Source: an uncultured Candidatus Entotheonella sp.
GTDB taxonomy: Bacteria > Tectomicrobia > Entotheonellia > Entotheonellales > Entotheonellaceae
DNA: 64,000 bases
Reading direction: 5' to 3'
NCBI GenBank assembly: GCA_965217185.1
Contig: OZ244252.1
Span: 3,616,001 to 3,680,000 of the forward strand
Position 1 is the stretch's first letter. Each line of letters opens with the position of its first letter. Shown here in pieces: positions 52,511 through 63,185 of the stretch. Under the pieces are notes generated by a model. It had not been told where the DNA came from, did no database searches, and saw nothing but the letters and a program-made list of their open reading frames with translations. Made by a program: the position numbers and the translations under genes.

Positions 52511-53083
52511 ATGAACCAGTTGGAAGGCAAGAAGACGGTTCTCGCGGTCACCGGAGGCATCGCCGCCTTCAAGGCGTTGGGGGCGTTGCGCCTGCTGAAG
52601 AAGCAGGGGGCTGACGTGTACGTCGTCATGACCGATCATGCCGCCGAGTTTATGGCGCCGGCCGGCTTCGCTATGCTCTCCGGGCATCCGGTCAGCCTGG
52701 ACCAGTTTGCGCCGGCGCACGGTTGGCAGATGGAGCACTTGGCCCTCGCGCAGGGTACGGACCTCGTCCTGGTGGCGCCGGCAACGGCCAACGCCATCGC
52801 CAAACTCGCCACCGGCATCGCGGACGATTTGTTCAGCACGCTGTTTGTGGCCCTGGGGCAACGGGTTCCCACTTTCCTGGCACCGGCGATGAACCCCCTC
52901 ATGTACGGCAATGCCGTTGTGCAGGCACATCTCGACACCCTGCGCGGGCGGGGCATTCAAATCATTGAGCCACGATACGGTCAATTGGCAAGTACAAAGG
53001 AAGGGGAGGGGGTCGGAAGGCTGGCAGAACCGGAAGAGATCGTCGCCGAGGTACTAGCTCACTTGCAGCGGGGCGATGCCTGA
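52511..53083 (+). CDS. coaC: Stand-alone HFCD flavoprotein (phosphopantothenoylcysteine decarboxylase-like)
   Basis: AVTGGIAA, APATAN, PAMN, GRLAEP; no CoaB domain. Confidence 0.8.
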   Translation: MNQLEGKKTVLAVTGGIAAFKALGALRLLKKQGADVYVVMTDHAAEFMAPAGFAMLSGHPVSLDQFAPAHGWQMEHLALAQGTDLVLVAPATANAIAKLATGIADDLFSTLFVALGQRVPTFLAPAMNPLMYGNAVVQAHLDTLRGRGIQIIEPRYGQLASTKEGEGVGRLAEPEEIVAEVLAHLQRGDA

Positions 53084-53106
53084 AGCCGGCGCGGCGGCCT
53101 GAAGGG

Positions 53107-53385
53107 TTAAACTTCTTCGTTCAGCAACACGTCAACGTCGGCGCCTGAAATCATCGTAATGGTGTCCCAGGGGCACTCTTTGGCGCAAATGGTACATCCC
53201 GTGCACACGTCCCAATCGACGATGACGACCTCGTGGGTGCCGTCGCCGGCGTAGGAGGGATCGGCAATTTTATCAATGCAATCGACCGGACAAAAATCAA
53301 CGCACCATTCACAACCGGTGCAACCATCGACATCAATCCAGGCTTTAGGCCGCGGTTTGCGCGCCCGCCTCGCTCGCTCCGCCAC
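53107..53385 (-). CDS. 2[4Fe-4S] ferredoxin
   Basis: CTGCEWCVDFCP and CTGCTICAKECP; GTG at 53385 with GGAG upstream. Confidence 0.88.
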   Translation of the reverse strand: MAERARRARKPRPKAWIDVDGCTGCEWCVDFCPVDCIDKIADPSYAGDGTHEVVIVDWDVCTGCTICAKECPWDTITMISGADVDVLLNEEV

Positions 53386-53520
53386 TACGTTTCTCCATGT
53401 ATTGGGTCGGCTCTTGACGTTTACTGCTGAACCGGGCCATTCTAGCGGCCTCGCCGGGCCATTGCAACAGGCGCGGGAGGCGCTGGCAGCACGAGCGCGG
53501 CACCCGGAACGGAGGGCGGC

Positions 53521-53973
53521 GTGATGCGGGCTGTGGTGCAACGGGTCTCGAAGGCCCGGGTCGACGTGGATGGCGAAACAGTGGGTGCCGTCGAGCAGGG
53601 CCTGCTGGTACTCTTGGGCGTGCAAACGCCGGATACGGAGCGGGATGCTGATTATCTGGCAGCGAAGATCGTCACGCTGCGGATTTTCAACGACGCGCAG
53701 GGCAAGATGAACCGCGACGTGCAGGACGTTCAGGGCGGCGTGCTGGTCGTGTCGCAGTTCACCTTGTACGGCGACACCCGCAAAGGGCGCCGCCCGTCGT
53801 TCGTTCAGGCGGCACCACCGGAACAGGCCGAACATCTTTACGAATACTTCCTCGAAGCCACCGCCCGGCACGGCGTGCCCGTCGCGCACGGCGTTTTTGG
53901 CGCCCACATGCAGGTGCACTTGGTCAACGATGGACCGGTGACACTGCTCCTCGACAGCCCTGGTAGCGGCTGA
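53521..53973 (+). CDS. dtd: D-aminoacyl-tRNA deacylase
   Basis: [18 protein letters not shown]. Confidence 0.96.
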   Translation: MMRAVVQRVSKARVDVDGETVGAVEQGLLVLLGVQTPDTERDADYLAAKIVTLRIFNDAQGKMNRDVQDVQGGVLVVSQFTLYGDTRKGRRPSFVQAAPPEQAEHLYEYFLEATARHGVPVAHGVFGAHMQVHLVNDGPVTLLLDSPGSG

Positions 53974-54016
53974 GTCAATGGCAGAACGCATTGCATAAGG
54001 AAACGGGAGGGACCCC

Positions 54017-55798
54017 ATGGATACCAGCAGTATCCCACAGGTGTTTTTCGACCGTGCCGCCCAGCGCGGCGGGAAAACGGCCCACTTGGTCAAGCGGGAC
54101 GGAGTTTGGCGTGAGATTTCCTGGCAGGAGTTGCGGGACCTCGTGCGCCAAGTCGCCAGAGGCCTGCTGACGCTGGACCTGCAGGCGGGCGACCGCGTTG
54201 CCATCCTGTCCGACAGCCGGGCGGAATGGGTGCAGTGCGACCTTGGCATCATGGCCGCGGCGGGCATTACGGTGCCGATCTACGCCTCCTCAACGCCCGA
54301 TCAGGCCGCCTACATTCTGCAAAACTCCGGTGCGACGGCGATGTTCATTGATACGTCCGCGCAACTCGACAAGGTCCTGGCCGTTCGCGATCAGGTCCCG
54401 ACCCTGAAGCACATCGTCATGGTGGCGGATGACCCGCCGGGCGCCGATGATTCTATCCTGACGCTTGCCGACCTGATTCAAAGAGGCCGCGACGCCGCCG
54501 ATCAGGAAGCCGTTCTCGAAGAGCGCCTGCAAGGCCTGACGCCGGAACACGAGGCCACCTACGTTTATACCTCGGGCACCACGGGGCCGCCCAAGGGGGT
54601 CGTGCAAACCCACGGCAACCACCTGTTCATGATGGAGAGTTGCGGCGCGATCACCGACCTTGGCGAGGGCGACGTTAATCTGCTTTTTCTTCCTCTGGCG
54701 CATTCGTTCGCGCGCCTCGAATCCTTCCTCGGCTTTTACAAGGGCTGGACCACCGCCTTCGCGGAAAGCATCGACGCATTGTCGCAGAACATGCGCGAAG
54801 TCCGGCCCATGCTGGTGATGAGTGTGCCGCGGGTCTATGAAAAGGTTTACGCCAGCGTGCAAGCCGGTGCTGCCGGGTCGCCCGTCAAGCGAGCCATCTT
54901 CAACTGGTGCGTCGGCGTCGGGCGACAGGCCAGTCGCCTGCAGCAACAGGGCCAGCTGCTGCCGCTGGGCCTCAGCCTGAAAAGACACTTGGCACACCGG
55001 CTGGTGTTCGGGAAACTCCACGAAGCGCTCGGCGGGCGGTTGCGCTACTTCGTGTCCGGCGGCGCACCGCTGGCGCGGGAAATCGCCGAGTTCTTTCACG
55101 CTGCCGGCCTGCTCATCCTGGAAGGCTACGGTCTCACGGAGACCTGCCCGGCACTGACCGCCAATCGACACGACAACTACAAATTTGGCACTGTTGGCCT
55201 GCCGGTGCCGGGTGTGGAACTGCGCCTCAGCGACGACGACGAAATCCTGGCGCGCGGGCCGAACATTGCCAGTGGCTACTACCAGCGGCCGGAGGCGACG
55301 GCGGAGGTGTTTCTTGATGATGGCTGGTTCGCCACCGGGGACATCGGCGAGATCGATGCGGATGGCTTTCTGCGCATCACCGATCGCAAGAAGGACCTCC
55401 TGGTTACGGCCGGCGGCAAGAACGTGGCGCCGCAAAACATCGAGAATCTGCTCAAGGGCGATCCGCTCATCAGCCAGGCGATGGTCTATGGCGACCGCCG
55501 CCCCTTTCTGACCGCCGTGCTCACCCTCGACGTGGAGTCCGCGACGGCCTATGCCCGGGAGTTGGGCATCAGCGGCGACACGGTTGCTGAGTTGGCCGAA
55601 AACCCGCAAATCCGCACCCTGCTGGAGGGCCGTGTGGAACGGGTCAACCAGCGCTTGGCGCCGTATGAGTCGATCAAGAAGTTTGTGATTGCGCGGGAGG
55701 ATTTTACGGAGGCAAGCAACGAATTGACGCCGACGTTGAAGGTCAAACGGCAGGTGGTGACGCAGAAATATCAGGCTGAACTCGATCAGCTCTATTGA
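54017..55798 (+). CDS. Long-chain fatty acid-CoA ligase
   Basis: YTSGTTGPPKGV, GYGLTE, TGD, DRKKD. Confidence 0.92.
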   Translation: MDTSSIPQVFFDRAAQRGGKTAHLVKRDGVWREISWQELRDLVRQVARGLLTLDLQAGDRVAILSDSRAEWVQCDLGIMAAAGITVPIYASSTPDQAAYILQNSGATAMFIDTSAQLDKVLAVRDQVPTLKHIVMVADDPPGADDSILTLADLIQRGRDAADQEAVLEERLQGLTPEHEATYVYTSGTTGPPKGVVQTHGNHLFMMESCGAITDLGEGDVNLLFLPLAHSFARLESFLGFYKGWTTAFAESIDALSQNMREVRPMLVMSVPRVYEKVYASVQAGAAGSPVKRAIFNWCVGVGRQASRLQQQGQLLPLGLSLKRHLAHRLVFGKLHEALGGRLRYFVSGGAPLAREIAEFFHAAGLLILEGYGLTETCPALTANRHDNYKFGTVGLPVPGVELRLSDDDEILARGPNIASGYYQRPEATAEVFLDDGWFATGDIGEIDADGFLRITDRKKDLLVTAGGKNVAPQNIENLLKGDPLISQAMVYGDRRPFLTAVLTLDVESATAYARELGISGDTVAELAENPQIRTLLEGRVERVNQRLAPYESIKKFVIAREDFTEASNELTPTLKVKRQVVTQKYQAELDQLY

Positions 55799-55822
55799 TC
55801 TCGGGGAGGCGTGCGGAAGCGC

Positions 55823-56092
55823 CTAACGCTTGTCCAACTCCAGCTCGTAGAGCTTCTGGTACATCACGTCCCATTCCCGGCTGCCTTCCACGACCCGGCG
55901 CGTATAGGACGCCAAGGTTTGCCGGACGGCGAAGTCGACTTCCTCTTCGAGCCGGAGCGCTTCCTGGATGGCGCCCACGATCTGCAGCCGCACGGTGTTG
56001 GAGGGCATGCGGAGCGTCACCTCCGGCATTTCCTCCAGCCTCCGCACGAGGAGTTGTGAAAGATGGTTGACTTTTTCCCGTGAGAGGCTCAT
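55823..56092 (-). CDS. DUF507 family protein
   Basis: MSLSREKVNHLS, GSREWDVMY; tandem with a paralogue. Confidence 0.7.
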   Translation of the reverse strand: MSLSREKVNHLSQLLVRRLEEMPEVTLRMPSNTVRLQIVGAIQEALRLEEEVDFAVRQTLASYTRRVVEGSREWDVMYQKLYELELDKR

Positions 56093-56123
56093 CGGTCTTC
56101 TTCCCCCGCTCTGAGCGGCCCGC

Positions 56124-56405
56124 CTACAAGATCAGCCCTCGGTCTCGCACAAGTTGGCGTTTGACCATGGAAAACATGCGCGAGTAGTCGATGTTGCCGC
56201 GGTCCATCTCGTTGATATGGGCTTCCAGGATGTCTCTTACCTCGTCGTTGAGGCGATCCTCAACCATAAGATCGTTGACGATCAGCCGGCCTACTTCCTC
56301 GGTTACGGCACGCGGGTCCACCTCGAGCTCCAGCATGTCTTTCCGGGTCAACACGTCCGTGATGGTCTTGGCGACGTGGTCGATCATTTTCCTGCCCAGT
56401 CGCAT
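56124..56405 (-). CDS. DUF507 family protein
   Basis: EDRLNDEVR, DYSRMF..VKRQL. Confidence 0.75.
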   Translation of the reverse strand: MRLGRKMIDHVAKTITDVLTRKDMLELEVDPRAVTEEVGRLIVNDLMVEDRLNDEVRDILEAHINEMDRGNIDYSRMFSMVKRQLVRDRGLIL

Positions 56406-56497
56406 ACCCGTCCTCCTTCGCATATCCAGCAGATTCCAGGGAATGATATGTTGCGGACAACGCAAGTTCAAGCGCGTACGCGGCGAGTGGCGACTGC

Positions 56498-56526
56498 TTG
56501 CAAACCCTTTATGGATTGCCTACTAT
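56498..56526 (+). promoter_or_regulatory. Sigma70-type promoter
   Basis: TTGCAA-N17-TACTAT about 110 bp before the ATG at 56635. Confidence 0.55.
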
Positions 56527-56634
56527 GCGGCCCAACTCCGGTTGGCGGTGTTTACGACGGGAGCGCACGTGCTGGATTGTGAGCGACAAATCCGCCCTGA
56601 GACCACGGGCCCTGCCGTGGCGAGGTCATTGACG

Positions 56635-56976
56635 ATGAAAATCGACGATACGGTAAACAGAATGGTCATGGTGATGATATTCCATCACGAGGGGCTGGAG
56701 GCGGCAGGCATCAAGGAGCGCAAGTTCTACGCCAAAGTGGTGGGGCGTGACTCCATCGGTCTGTGGATCGAAAACCCCAAGCTGGAGACCACCCGCGTGC
56801 GCTACGACAACGGCCTCCTCATCCCGCCGGACCAACGCCAGCACGAGGAGCACCTCGCCTACGTACTGATTCCCTGGGGCAACATCCGCTCCGTTGCCCA
56901 CTTTCCGGCCCGCGAGGACTTTGACGACACCGAGGACGAGGAAGCCAGCGCACTGGGCCGCGGCATGTATCTGTAA
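56635..56976 (+). CDS. Hypothetical protein, possible Sm/Hfq-like beta-barrel
   Basis: KFYAKVVGRDSIGLWI and VLIPWGNIRSV resemble Sm1/Sm2 strands; acidic tail. Confidence 0.6.
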   Translation: MKIDDTVNRMVMVMIFHHEGLEAAGIKERKFYAKVVGRDSIGLWIENPKLETTRVRYDNGLLIPPDQRQHEEHLAYVLIPWGNIRSVAHFPAREDFDDTEDEEASALGRGMYL

Positions 56977-57083
56977 GTTCTGTTCCTGCCCTGACAATGC
57001 CGGGGCGGTATGCTACCATCGACCTTTCCCATTCACACCATGCCAAGGGTCGCACGGATCGCAACGCAGCAAGGAGAACCTTC

Positions 57084-57746
57084 ATGAGCCAAGGCTACCA
57101 CTTCACCATCTGGAGTTGTTACGTTTGACCATACGCTTGGCGAGCCGCGGAGTGGCTCGATCGCGTGAAAGACAAATTGGGCGAAAACCTGAAAATTACC
57201 TGGAAGTCGTTTCTGCTTGAGCAAGTCAACAGTCGCCGTGGGCTGGAGTGGAAAGCCTGGGATGACTCCCGTTTCACCAGCCGCGACATCCCGCCGCATG
57301 AGGCCGCCAAGAGCATTCTGGCCGAGCAGGGCGAGGACGCTTTCAACAGGTTCCATATTGCCGTGTTCCGGGCGCATCACCAGCAAAAGCGGGACATTGC
57401 CAATCCCCTCGAACTGATGCAGTTGGCCCGCGAGGTCGATGTTGACCCCACCGTGTTGGCCGAGGACCTGCGCACCCGCAAGTACCGTGCTGCCGTCGGC
57501 GCCGACCATCAGGAATCGGACGAGCACGACATTTTCGGCGTACCGACTATCCTCTTCGACGGCTATCAGCCCACCTTCATCAAGCTCGATTCCGGGGCAT
57601 GGGAAGGGCCGGACGACGTGGAACTTTTCCACGCGCTGTACAACATTGCCGCCCCGCGTCCGTACGTCATGGAGATCAAGAAACCCGCCTCGGCGACGGT
57701 CGCTGCCGCTTCGGAGGCGCGCCGCCGTACGGATGAGGGACGCTAG
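57084..57746 (+). CDS. DsbA/FrnE-like thioredoxin-fold protein, probable selenoprotein (TGA at 57126-57128)
   Basis: AAGGAG RBS, ATG 57084, MSQGYHFTIWSCYV-U-PYAWRAAEWL in frame with the downstream ORF carrying FGVPT. Confidence 0.85.
57141..57159 (+). promoter_or_regulatory. Bacterial SECIS-like hairpin
   Basis: CGAGCCGC-GGA-GTGGCTCG starting 12 nt after the TGA; G-led apical loop. Confidence 0.7.
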
Positions 57747-57762
57747 GCGGCTTAACGGCCGT

Positions 57763-57802
57763 GCCGGCAGGAGGGCCGCTCCGAGGGCCCTCTGCTGGCT
57801 TT
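57763..57802 (+). terminator. Possible intrinsic terminator
   Basis: GCCGGCAGGAGGGCC / GGCCCTCTGCTGGC stem followed by TTT. Confidence 0.5.
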
Positions 57803-57828
57803 GAATTAGGCAGGCAGAAAGGTCGATT

Positions 57829-58167
57829 GTGGCCGAATCGCTGGACTCGTATTACCCCGTGGAAATTCAGCGCGATGACGGCGGCGCCCTGCGCATCCTG
57901 TGGAACGACGGGCGTGCCTGCTTCTATAAATACAGCAATCTGCGCCGCGTCTGCCCCTGCGCCACCTGTGGCGAACTGCGCACCCAACAGCAGGAAGCCG
58001 CCAAAAATCCCTTCCAGACCGTGACCACCGTCACCACCCAAGACGTGCAGCCGGTGCACCTGAACACCGTAGGCCATTACGCCCTCGGCATCGAGTGGGA
58101 CGACGGCCACCGCACCGGCATCTACCCTTGGGCCATGCTGCGGGCGCTCTGCGAAGACGACGACTAG
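57829..58167 (+). CDS. DUF971 (GBBH-like N-terminal) metal-binding protein
   Basis: LRRVCPCATC, VGHYAL..WDDGH.TGIY. Confidence 0.85.
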   Translation: MAESLDSYYPVEIQRDDGGALRILWNDGRACFYKYSNLRRVCPCATCGELRTQQQEAAKNPFQTVTTVTTQDVQPVHLNTVGHYALGIEWDDGHRTGIYPWAMLRALCEDDD

Positions 58168-58192
58168 ACCGACCACCCCACCCGTCCGGTCC

Positions 58193-58645
58193 TCATACCG
58201 GCTTCTTACGCATCAAGCCCGCTCGGCGAATTCGTGCCACCAGTTCCTCGCGTTGGTTGGCGGCGCGGTGCTCGAAAAACACCACCCCGGCGTCCGGACG
58301 CGACCGCGATTCCCGTTTGTCCATGACTTCCGTCTCGATATACAGCGTATCGCCGTGGAACACGGGTTTCGGGAATTCGATCTTGTCAAATCCCAGATTG
58401 GCCACCGTCGTCCCCAGCGTCGTATCTCCCACCGACAGCCCCACAGCAATCCCCAGCGTCAACAGGCTGTTGACCAGCCGCTGCCCGAATTCCGTCTGAC
58501 TGGCAAATGCCGCGTCCAGGTGAAGCGGCTGCGGGTTCATCGTCATGGTGGTGAACAGCACGTTGTCCGCCTCCGTCACCGTGCGCCCGGGCTGGTGCCT
58601 GAACACCTGCCCAACGGTAAATTCCTCGAAATACAATCCAGCCAT
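58193..58645 (-). CDS. MaoC family dehydratase
   Basis: [23 protein letters not shown]. Confidence 0.92.
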   Translation of the reverse strand: MAGLYFEEFTVGQVFRHQPGRTVTEADNVLFTTMTMNPQPLHLDAAFASQTEFGQRLVNSLLTLGIAVGLSVGDTTLGTTVANLGFDKIEFPKPVFHGDTLYIETEVMDKRESRSRPDAGVVFFEHRAANQREELVARIRRAGLMRKKPV

Positions 58646-58746
58646 TACCAAGGGTCTCCTTCCGCCTGTTGGGTATGATTGCCGACCGCAGGCATGGTAT
58701 CGGAACCCGATCCTGGATACCATGCCTGGAAAAGGGGGATGATCCT

Positions 58747-61700
58747 GTGAACCAAAAAGCCATCTTTTCCAGCTATTTCAAGGACCTTGCCACGATTGCG
58801 CGGCAAGGCGACGCGCGAGAGGAGAGCTTCTACCCAGCCTTGGCGACGATGCTCAAAGAGGTCGCCGATAACAGCGGCCGACAGCACGTTCACGTCACCA
58901 CTCTGCCCAAACCGACCGAGGGCGGGAATCCGGATTTCCGGTTGTGGAACGGCACCGATCGCATCATCGGCTACGTCGAGGCCAAGCGGCCGACCGAAGA
59001 GCGCCTGGACGACGTCGAAAATTCCGAGCAGTTGCGGCGCTACCGATCGACCTTCCCGAATCTGCTGCTCACCAACTTTCTGGAGTTCCGCCTGTACCGC
59101 AACGGGGTGCGGGAGCAGACGGTTCTGGCCGCCCGCCCCCTGGTACTCAACCAGTTGCAAACGGCGCCGCCGGTTGAACGGCCGGAAGAGCTTTCAGTCC
59201 TCCTTGAGCGCTTCCTTGGTTTTGCCCTGCCCAAGATGTTCACCGCCGAATCCCTCGCCGTGGAGTTGGCCAAGCGCACGCGCCTGCTTCGGGATGTCGT
59301 CCGGAACCAGTATGACAACGAAGCAGACAACCCCGGCATGCTGCGCGGCTTCTTCGACGCCTTCCGGGAATACCTCATCGGCTCGCTGACACCGGAGACG
59401 TTCGCCGACCTGTTTGCGCAGACTATCACCTACGGTCTCTTTGCGGCCCGCATCCGCGCCGGGGAGGGCTTCAATCGCCGCGCCGCGTTCGACAACATTC
59501 CCCACACCATCGGCGTCCTGCGCGACATGTTCCGCTTCATCTCGCTGGGCGATCTGTCGGAACCGCTCGCCTGGTGCGTAGACGACCTCGCCGAAGTCCT
59601 GGCCGTGGCCGACGGTCCAGGCATTCTCGGCCGCTACTACCGGGAGGGCAAGGGCAGCGACCCCATCGTGCATTTCTACGAGACGTTTCTGGCGCAGTAC
59701 GACCCCGACGAGCGCGAGCGGCGCGGCGTCTACTACACCCCCGAACCGGTGGTCGGCTACATCGTCCGTTCCCTGCACGGCGTGCTCAAGACTGAGTTCG
59801 GTCTGCGCGACGGCTTGGCCTCGGAGGGCGTGACGCTGCTCGATCCCGCGGCGGGTACCATGACCTTCGTGGCCCGTGCCGCCCAAGAGGCGGTTGCCGA
59901 GTTTGAAACCAAGTACGGCAGCGGCGGCAAGGCAGACTTCATCCGCCAGCACGTCCTCAAGAACTTCTACGCCCTCGAACTGATGATGGCGCCCTACGCG
60001 GTCGGCCACCTCAAGATGAGCTTCTTCCTGGAAGAGCTCGGCCACCGCCTGGAAGACGACGAGCGCATGCCGTTCTACCTCACCAACACCCTGGACTGGA
60101 AGGAACTGGAGGAAAGCCGCTTGCCCGGCATTTCGGCTCTGGCCGCCGAGTCCCGCCTGGCAGGCGCGGTGAAGAAGGAAAAGCCGGTCCTGCTCATCCT
60201 CGGCAATCCGCCCTATTCGGGGCACTCCAGCAACAAGGGCGACTGGATACGCGGCCTGATCGACGACTACAAGCAGGTGGACGGCCGGCCGCTGGGCGAG
60301 AAAAACCCGAAATGGCTGCAGAACGACTACGTCAAGTTCCTGCGCTACGCCCAGTGGAAAATCGAGCAAACCGGACGCGGCGTTGTCGGCATGATCACCG
60401 ACCACAGCTACCTCGACGGCCCCACCTTCCGCGGCATGCGTTATAACCTGCTGCGAGTCTTTGACGACATCTACATTCTCGACCTGCACGGCAACGCCCG
60501 AAAGAAGGAAACCGGCCCGGATGGCAGCCCGGACCAGAGCGTCTTCGACATCATGGAGGGGGTGGCCATTGCCTTCTTCGTGAAGCGTGGCGATTCAACA
60601 CCGGACGGCCGGGGCGACAACGCCGTGGTGCATCACGCCGGGCGTTTCGGGAGCCGTGGAAGCAAATACGACTGGCTGCACGCGCACGACCGGGACAGCA
60701 CCGAGTGGCAGGCGCTGAATCCCGCGTCGCCGCACTACCTGTTCGTGCCGCGTGACGAGGCGCTCGAGGCCGCTTACAACCGGTTCATGCCGGTGACCGA
60801 GGTCTTCCCCGTGCACAGCGTCGGCATCGTGACGGCGCGCGACGGCCTGACGATTCGCTGGTCCGCGGACGAGGTGTGGAACACGGTGACCGTTTTTTCG
60901 CGGATGGAGCCGGAGTTGGCTCGGCAAGGGTACGAGCTTGGCAATGATGCGCGGGACTGGAAAGTGACGTTGGCGCAGCAGGATTTGCGCGCTTCGGGGC
61001 CTACCCGCGAACGGGTGGTGCCGATCCTGTACCGGCCCTTTGACGTGCGCCACACCTATTACACCGGGCACTCGCGCGGGTTCATCTGCATGCCGCGTCC
61101 CGAGGTCATGCGCCACATGCTGGCCGGGGAGAACCGGGCGCTGCACGTCTGCCGGCAAACGGTCAGCGAAACGTGGCAGCATTGCCTGGTTACGAATGGT
61201 CTCACGGATGATTGTTACGTGTCCAACAAGACCCGAGAGCGCGGATATACCCTTCCCTTGTATCTCTATCCCACTGCCGACCGCGGTGACCTCTTTGCAA
61301 GGCTCGAGTCGTCCGCCCGACAGCCCAACCTGAATCCCAAGCTGGTCGTGGCCCTGACCGCAGCGCATGGCCAAACACCCGCGCCCGAGGATGTCCTCCA
61401 CTACATCTACGCCATCCTGTACGCCCCAATCTATCGCGCCGCGTACGCCGAGTTTCTGCGCACCGACTTCCCGCGCGTTCCGTTCACGAAGGATCGCGTC
61501 GTGTTTACCCAAGTCGCGGCCTTGGGCGCGCGATTGACTGGCCTGCACCTCTTGGACTCCCCCGAACTCGACACACCGACCTGCCGCTTCGAGGGCGACG
61601 GCGATGCCGTGGTGGTCCGAACGAAGACGCAGGGCTTTCGCTACGACTTGGACGCCCAGCGCGTGTACATCAACAAAACTCAGTATTTCGGTCCCGTCTC

Positions 61701-61899
61701 GCCGGAGGTCCATGATTACCGCATCGGCGGCTACCAAGTCTGCGACAAATGGCTGAAAGACCACAAGGACCGCCGCCTCGACCTCGACGACATCCGTACC
61801 TACTGCTGGATGGTGACGGCCATCGGGATGACGCTCAGGATTCAGGAATTGGTAGACGATTTGTATCCTGAGACCGAGAAGGATATCGTGACGATATAA
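58747..61899 (+). CDS. Single-chain restriction-modification enzyme (nuclease, N6-adenine MTase, Type ISP-like C-terminal specificity domain; no helicase recognised)
   Basis: GNPDF...[40 protein letters not shown]. Confidence 0.88.
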   Translation: MNQKAIFSSYFKDLATIARQGDAREESFYPALATMLKEVADNSGRQHVHVTTLPKPTEGGNPDFRLWNGTDRIIGYVEAKRPTEERLDDVENSEQLRRYRSTFPNLLLTNFLEFRLYRNGVREQTVLAARPLVLNQLQTAPPVERPEELSVLLERFLGFALPKMFTAESLAVELAKRTRLLRDVVRNQYDNEADNPGMLRGFFDAFREYLIGSLTPETFADLFAQTITYGLFAARIRAGEGFNRRAAFDNIPHTIGVLRDMFRFISLGDLSEPLAWCVDDLAEVLAVADGPGILGRYYREGKGSDPIVHFYETFLAQYDPDERERRGVYYTPEPVVGYIVRSLHGVLKTEFGLRDGLASEGVTLLDPAAGTMTFVARAAQEAVAEFETKYGSGGKADFIRQHVLKNFYALELMMAPYAVGHLKMSFFLEELGHRLEDDERMPFYLTNTLDWKELEESRLPGISALAAESRLAGAVKKEKPVLLILGNPPYSGHSSNKGDWIRGLIDDYKQVDGRPLGEKNPKWLQNDYVKFLRYAQWKIEQTGRGVVGMITDHSYLDGPTFRGMRYNLLRVFDDIYILDLHGNARKKETGPDGSPDQSVFDIMEGVAIAFFVKRGDSTPDGRGDNAVVHHAGRFGSRGSKYDWLHAHDRDSTEWQALNPASPHYLFVPRDEALEAAYNRFMPVTEVFPVHSVGIVTARDGLTIRWSADEVWNTVTVFSRMEPELARQGYELGNDARDWKVTLAQQDLRASGPTRERVVPILYRPFDVRHTYYTGHSRGFICMPRPEVMRHMLAGENRALHVCRQTVSETWQHCLVTNGLTDDCYVSNKTRERGYTLPLYLYPTADRGDLFARLESSARQPNLNPKLVVALTAAHGQTPAPEDVLHYIYAILYAPIYRAAYAEFLRTDFPRVPFTKDRVVFTQVAALGARLTGLHLLDSPELDTPTCRFEGDGDAVVVRTKTQGFRYDLDAQRVYINKTQYFGPVSPEVHDYRIGGYQVCDKWLKDHKDRRLDLDDIRTYCWMVTAIGMTLRIQELVDDLYPETEKDIVTI

Positions 61900-62012
61900 A
61901 CCTGACGACGGGCCGGTGTGGAATGACCTCTAAACTTGACAACTTAACAGCGATTGGACTCGTGCGATAACGCAGTCACGACGCTTGGTCTGTGGTGTTA
62001 GAAAGGTGTCAA

Positions 62013-62947
62013 ATGTCCATTTCTCCACAACTCCATATTCGTGAAGAGTTCTTTCGTTTCCTTGAAGCCCCTACCCGCGAGAATTTTCGAGAATTACTTC
62101 GGGGGCATTTAGGCGAGTTCGATTTCTTGGATTTCAAGGAGAATTGGCCCGAAAAATCAAAGCTAGCCAAACACATTGGGCGTAGGTCTCAAATTGACCA
62201 GTTAGGCGGCCCGTCCGTGCGCCAATTTTGTAGATAAACCAACAATACCCCAGAGGAGTGCTGCCCATCACCCACCGTCCTACGTGACACTTTGTCACCT
62301 CGCGCATCAATCATGTCCCCAAGCCGTACCAAACCCCCTCAGAATCGCTCAATTTCGGACTTACACCCAACACATTCTGGCGTTTGCCAACAGCGGTACC
62401 GGCTGTCTTGTCATTAGGTGTAGCAGGAAAAGAAGACGGAACTCATGACATCAAAGGGCTACCTGTTCTCAAAGACAAGACAGAATTGAAGGATTCTGTG
62501 CAAAAATTCCTTCCCGAAACGGTGGTCTATAATATCTTCGACTTTGAATATGATGCCGCTGAGTATCAACACATTAGCGGTAAGAAATTCCAGCTTCTAT
62601 GGGTTGTGCATCATGATGAGTCCATACCCATATTATCTTTAACTGATGGTGCCTCAATAAAAGAAAATTGTATTTATATTCGTCACAATGATAGCACCAG
62701 GGAGGAAAACCATAATCAAATTCAGGCTCTCATTAACAAAAGAATCACGCGCTCGATGCAAACACCCAAGAGTCGGAAACTAAATGAGCATCTGTCTGAA
62801 CTGGAGGCTCTCTGCAGAAGAAAATCCGTACATCATTCACTTTTAGAACTCTTCGATCCCATACATCCCATGCAAAGGTTTTATAAGTTTCTTGATAGTA
62901 TGATTGCCCTGAAGGAATCAAAGATAAAGGAGCTACTTGAATCTTAG
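62013..62947 (+). pseudogene. AlbA_2/Schlafen-like domain protein disrupted by a MITE and a +1 frameshift
   Basis: Reconstructed EFDFLDFKE...LAKHILAFANSGTGCLVI/GVA...YIRH; frame change near 62416. Confidence 0.82.
62178..62368. mobile_element. 191-bp MITE, copy 2
   Basis: 8-bp TSD AACACATT (62170-62177, 62369-62376); one substitution noticed versus copy 1. Confidence 0.93.
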
Positions 62948-63185
62948 CCTGATGTCTAATTGATGTATGAAAAGGACGCTCTATGAAGCGTTTTCAGAAT
63001 ACGGTGTATCGGAGTTGGAATCCGCAATCCATCAGTAGGGGAATAAATGAGTCGGGGGGATTTTAGAGCAATTGCGTGCCCAGCGGCGCGAGCACTAAAA
63101 TACCGCTTGATTGTGTTCCCCGCTCAAATGTCTTGAAAGGTGATACGCGTAACTCATTGCGCTGCCTTGGAAAGGAGCGAAGGCT

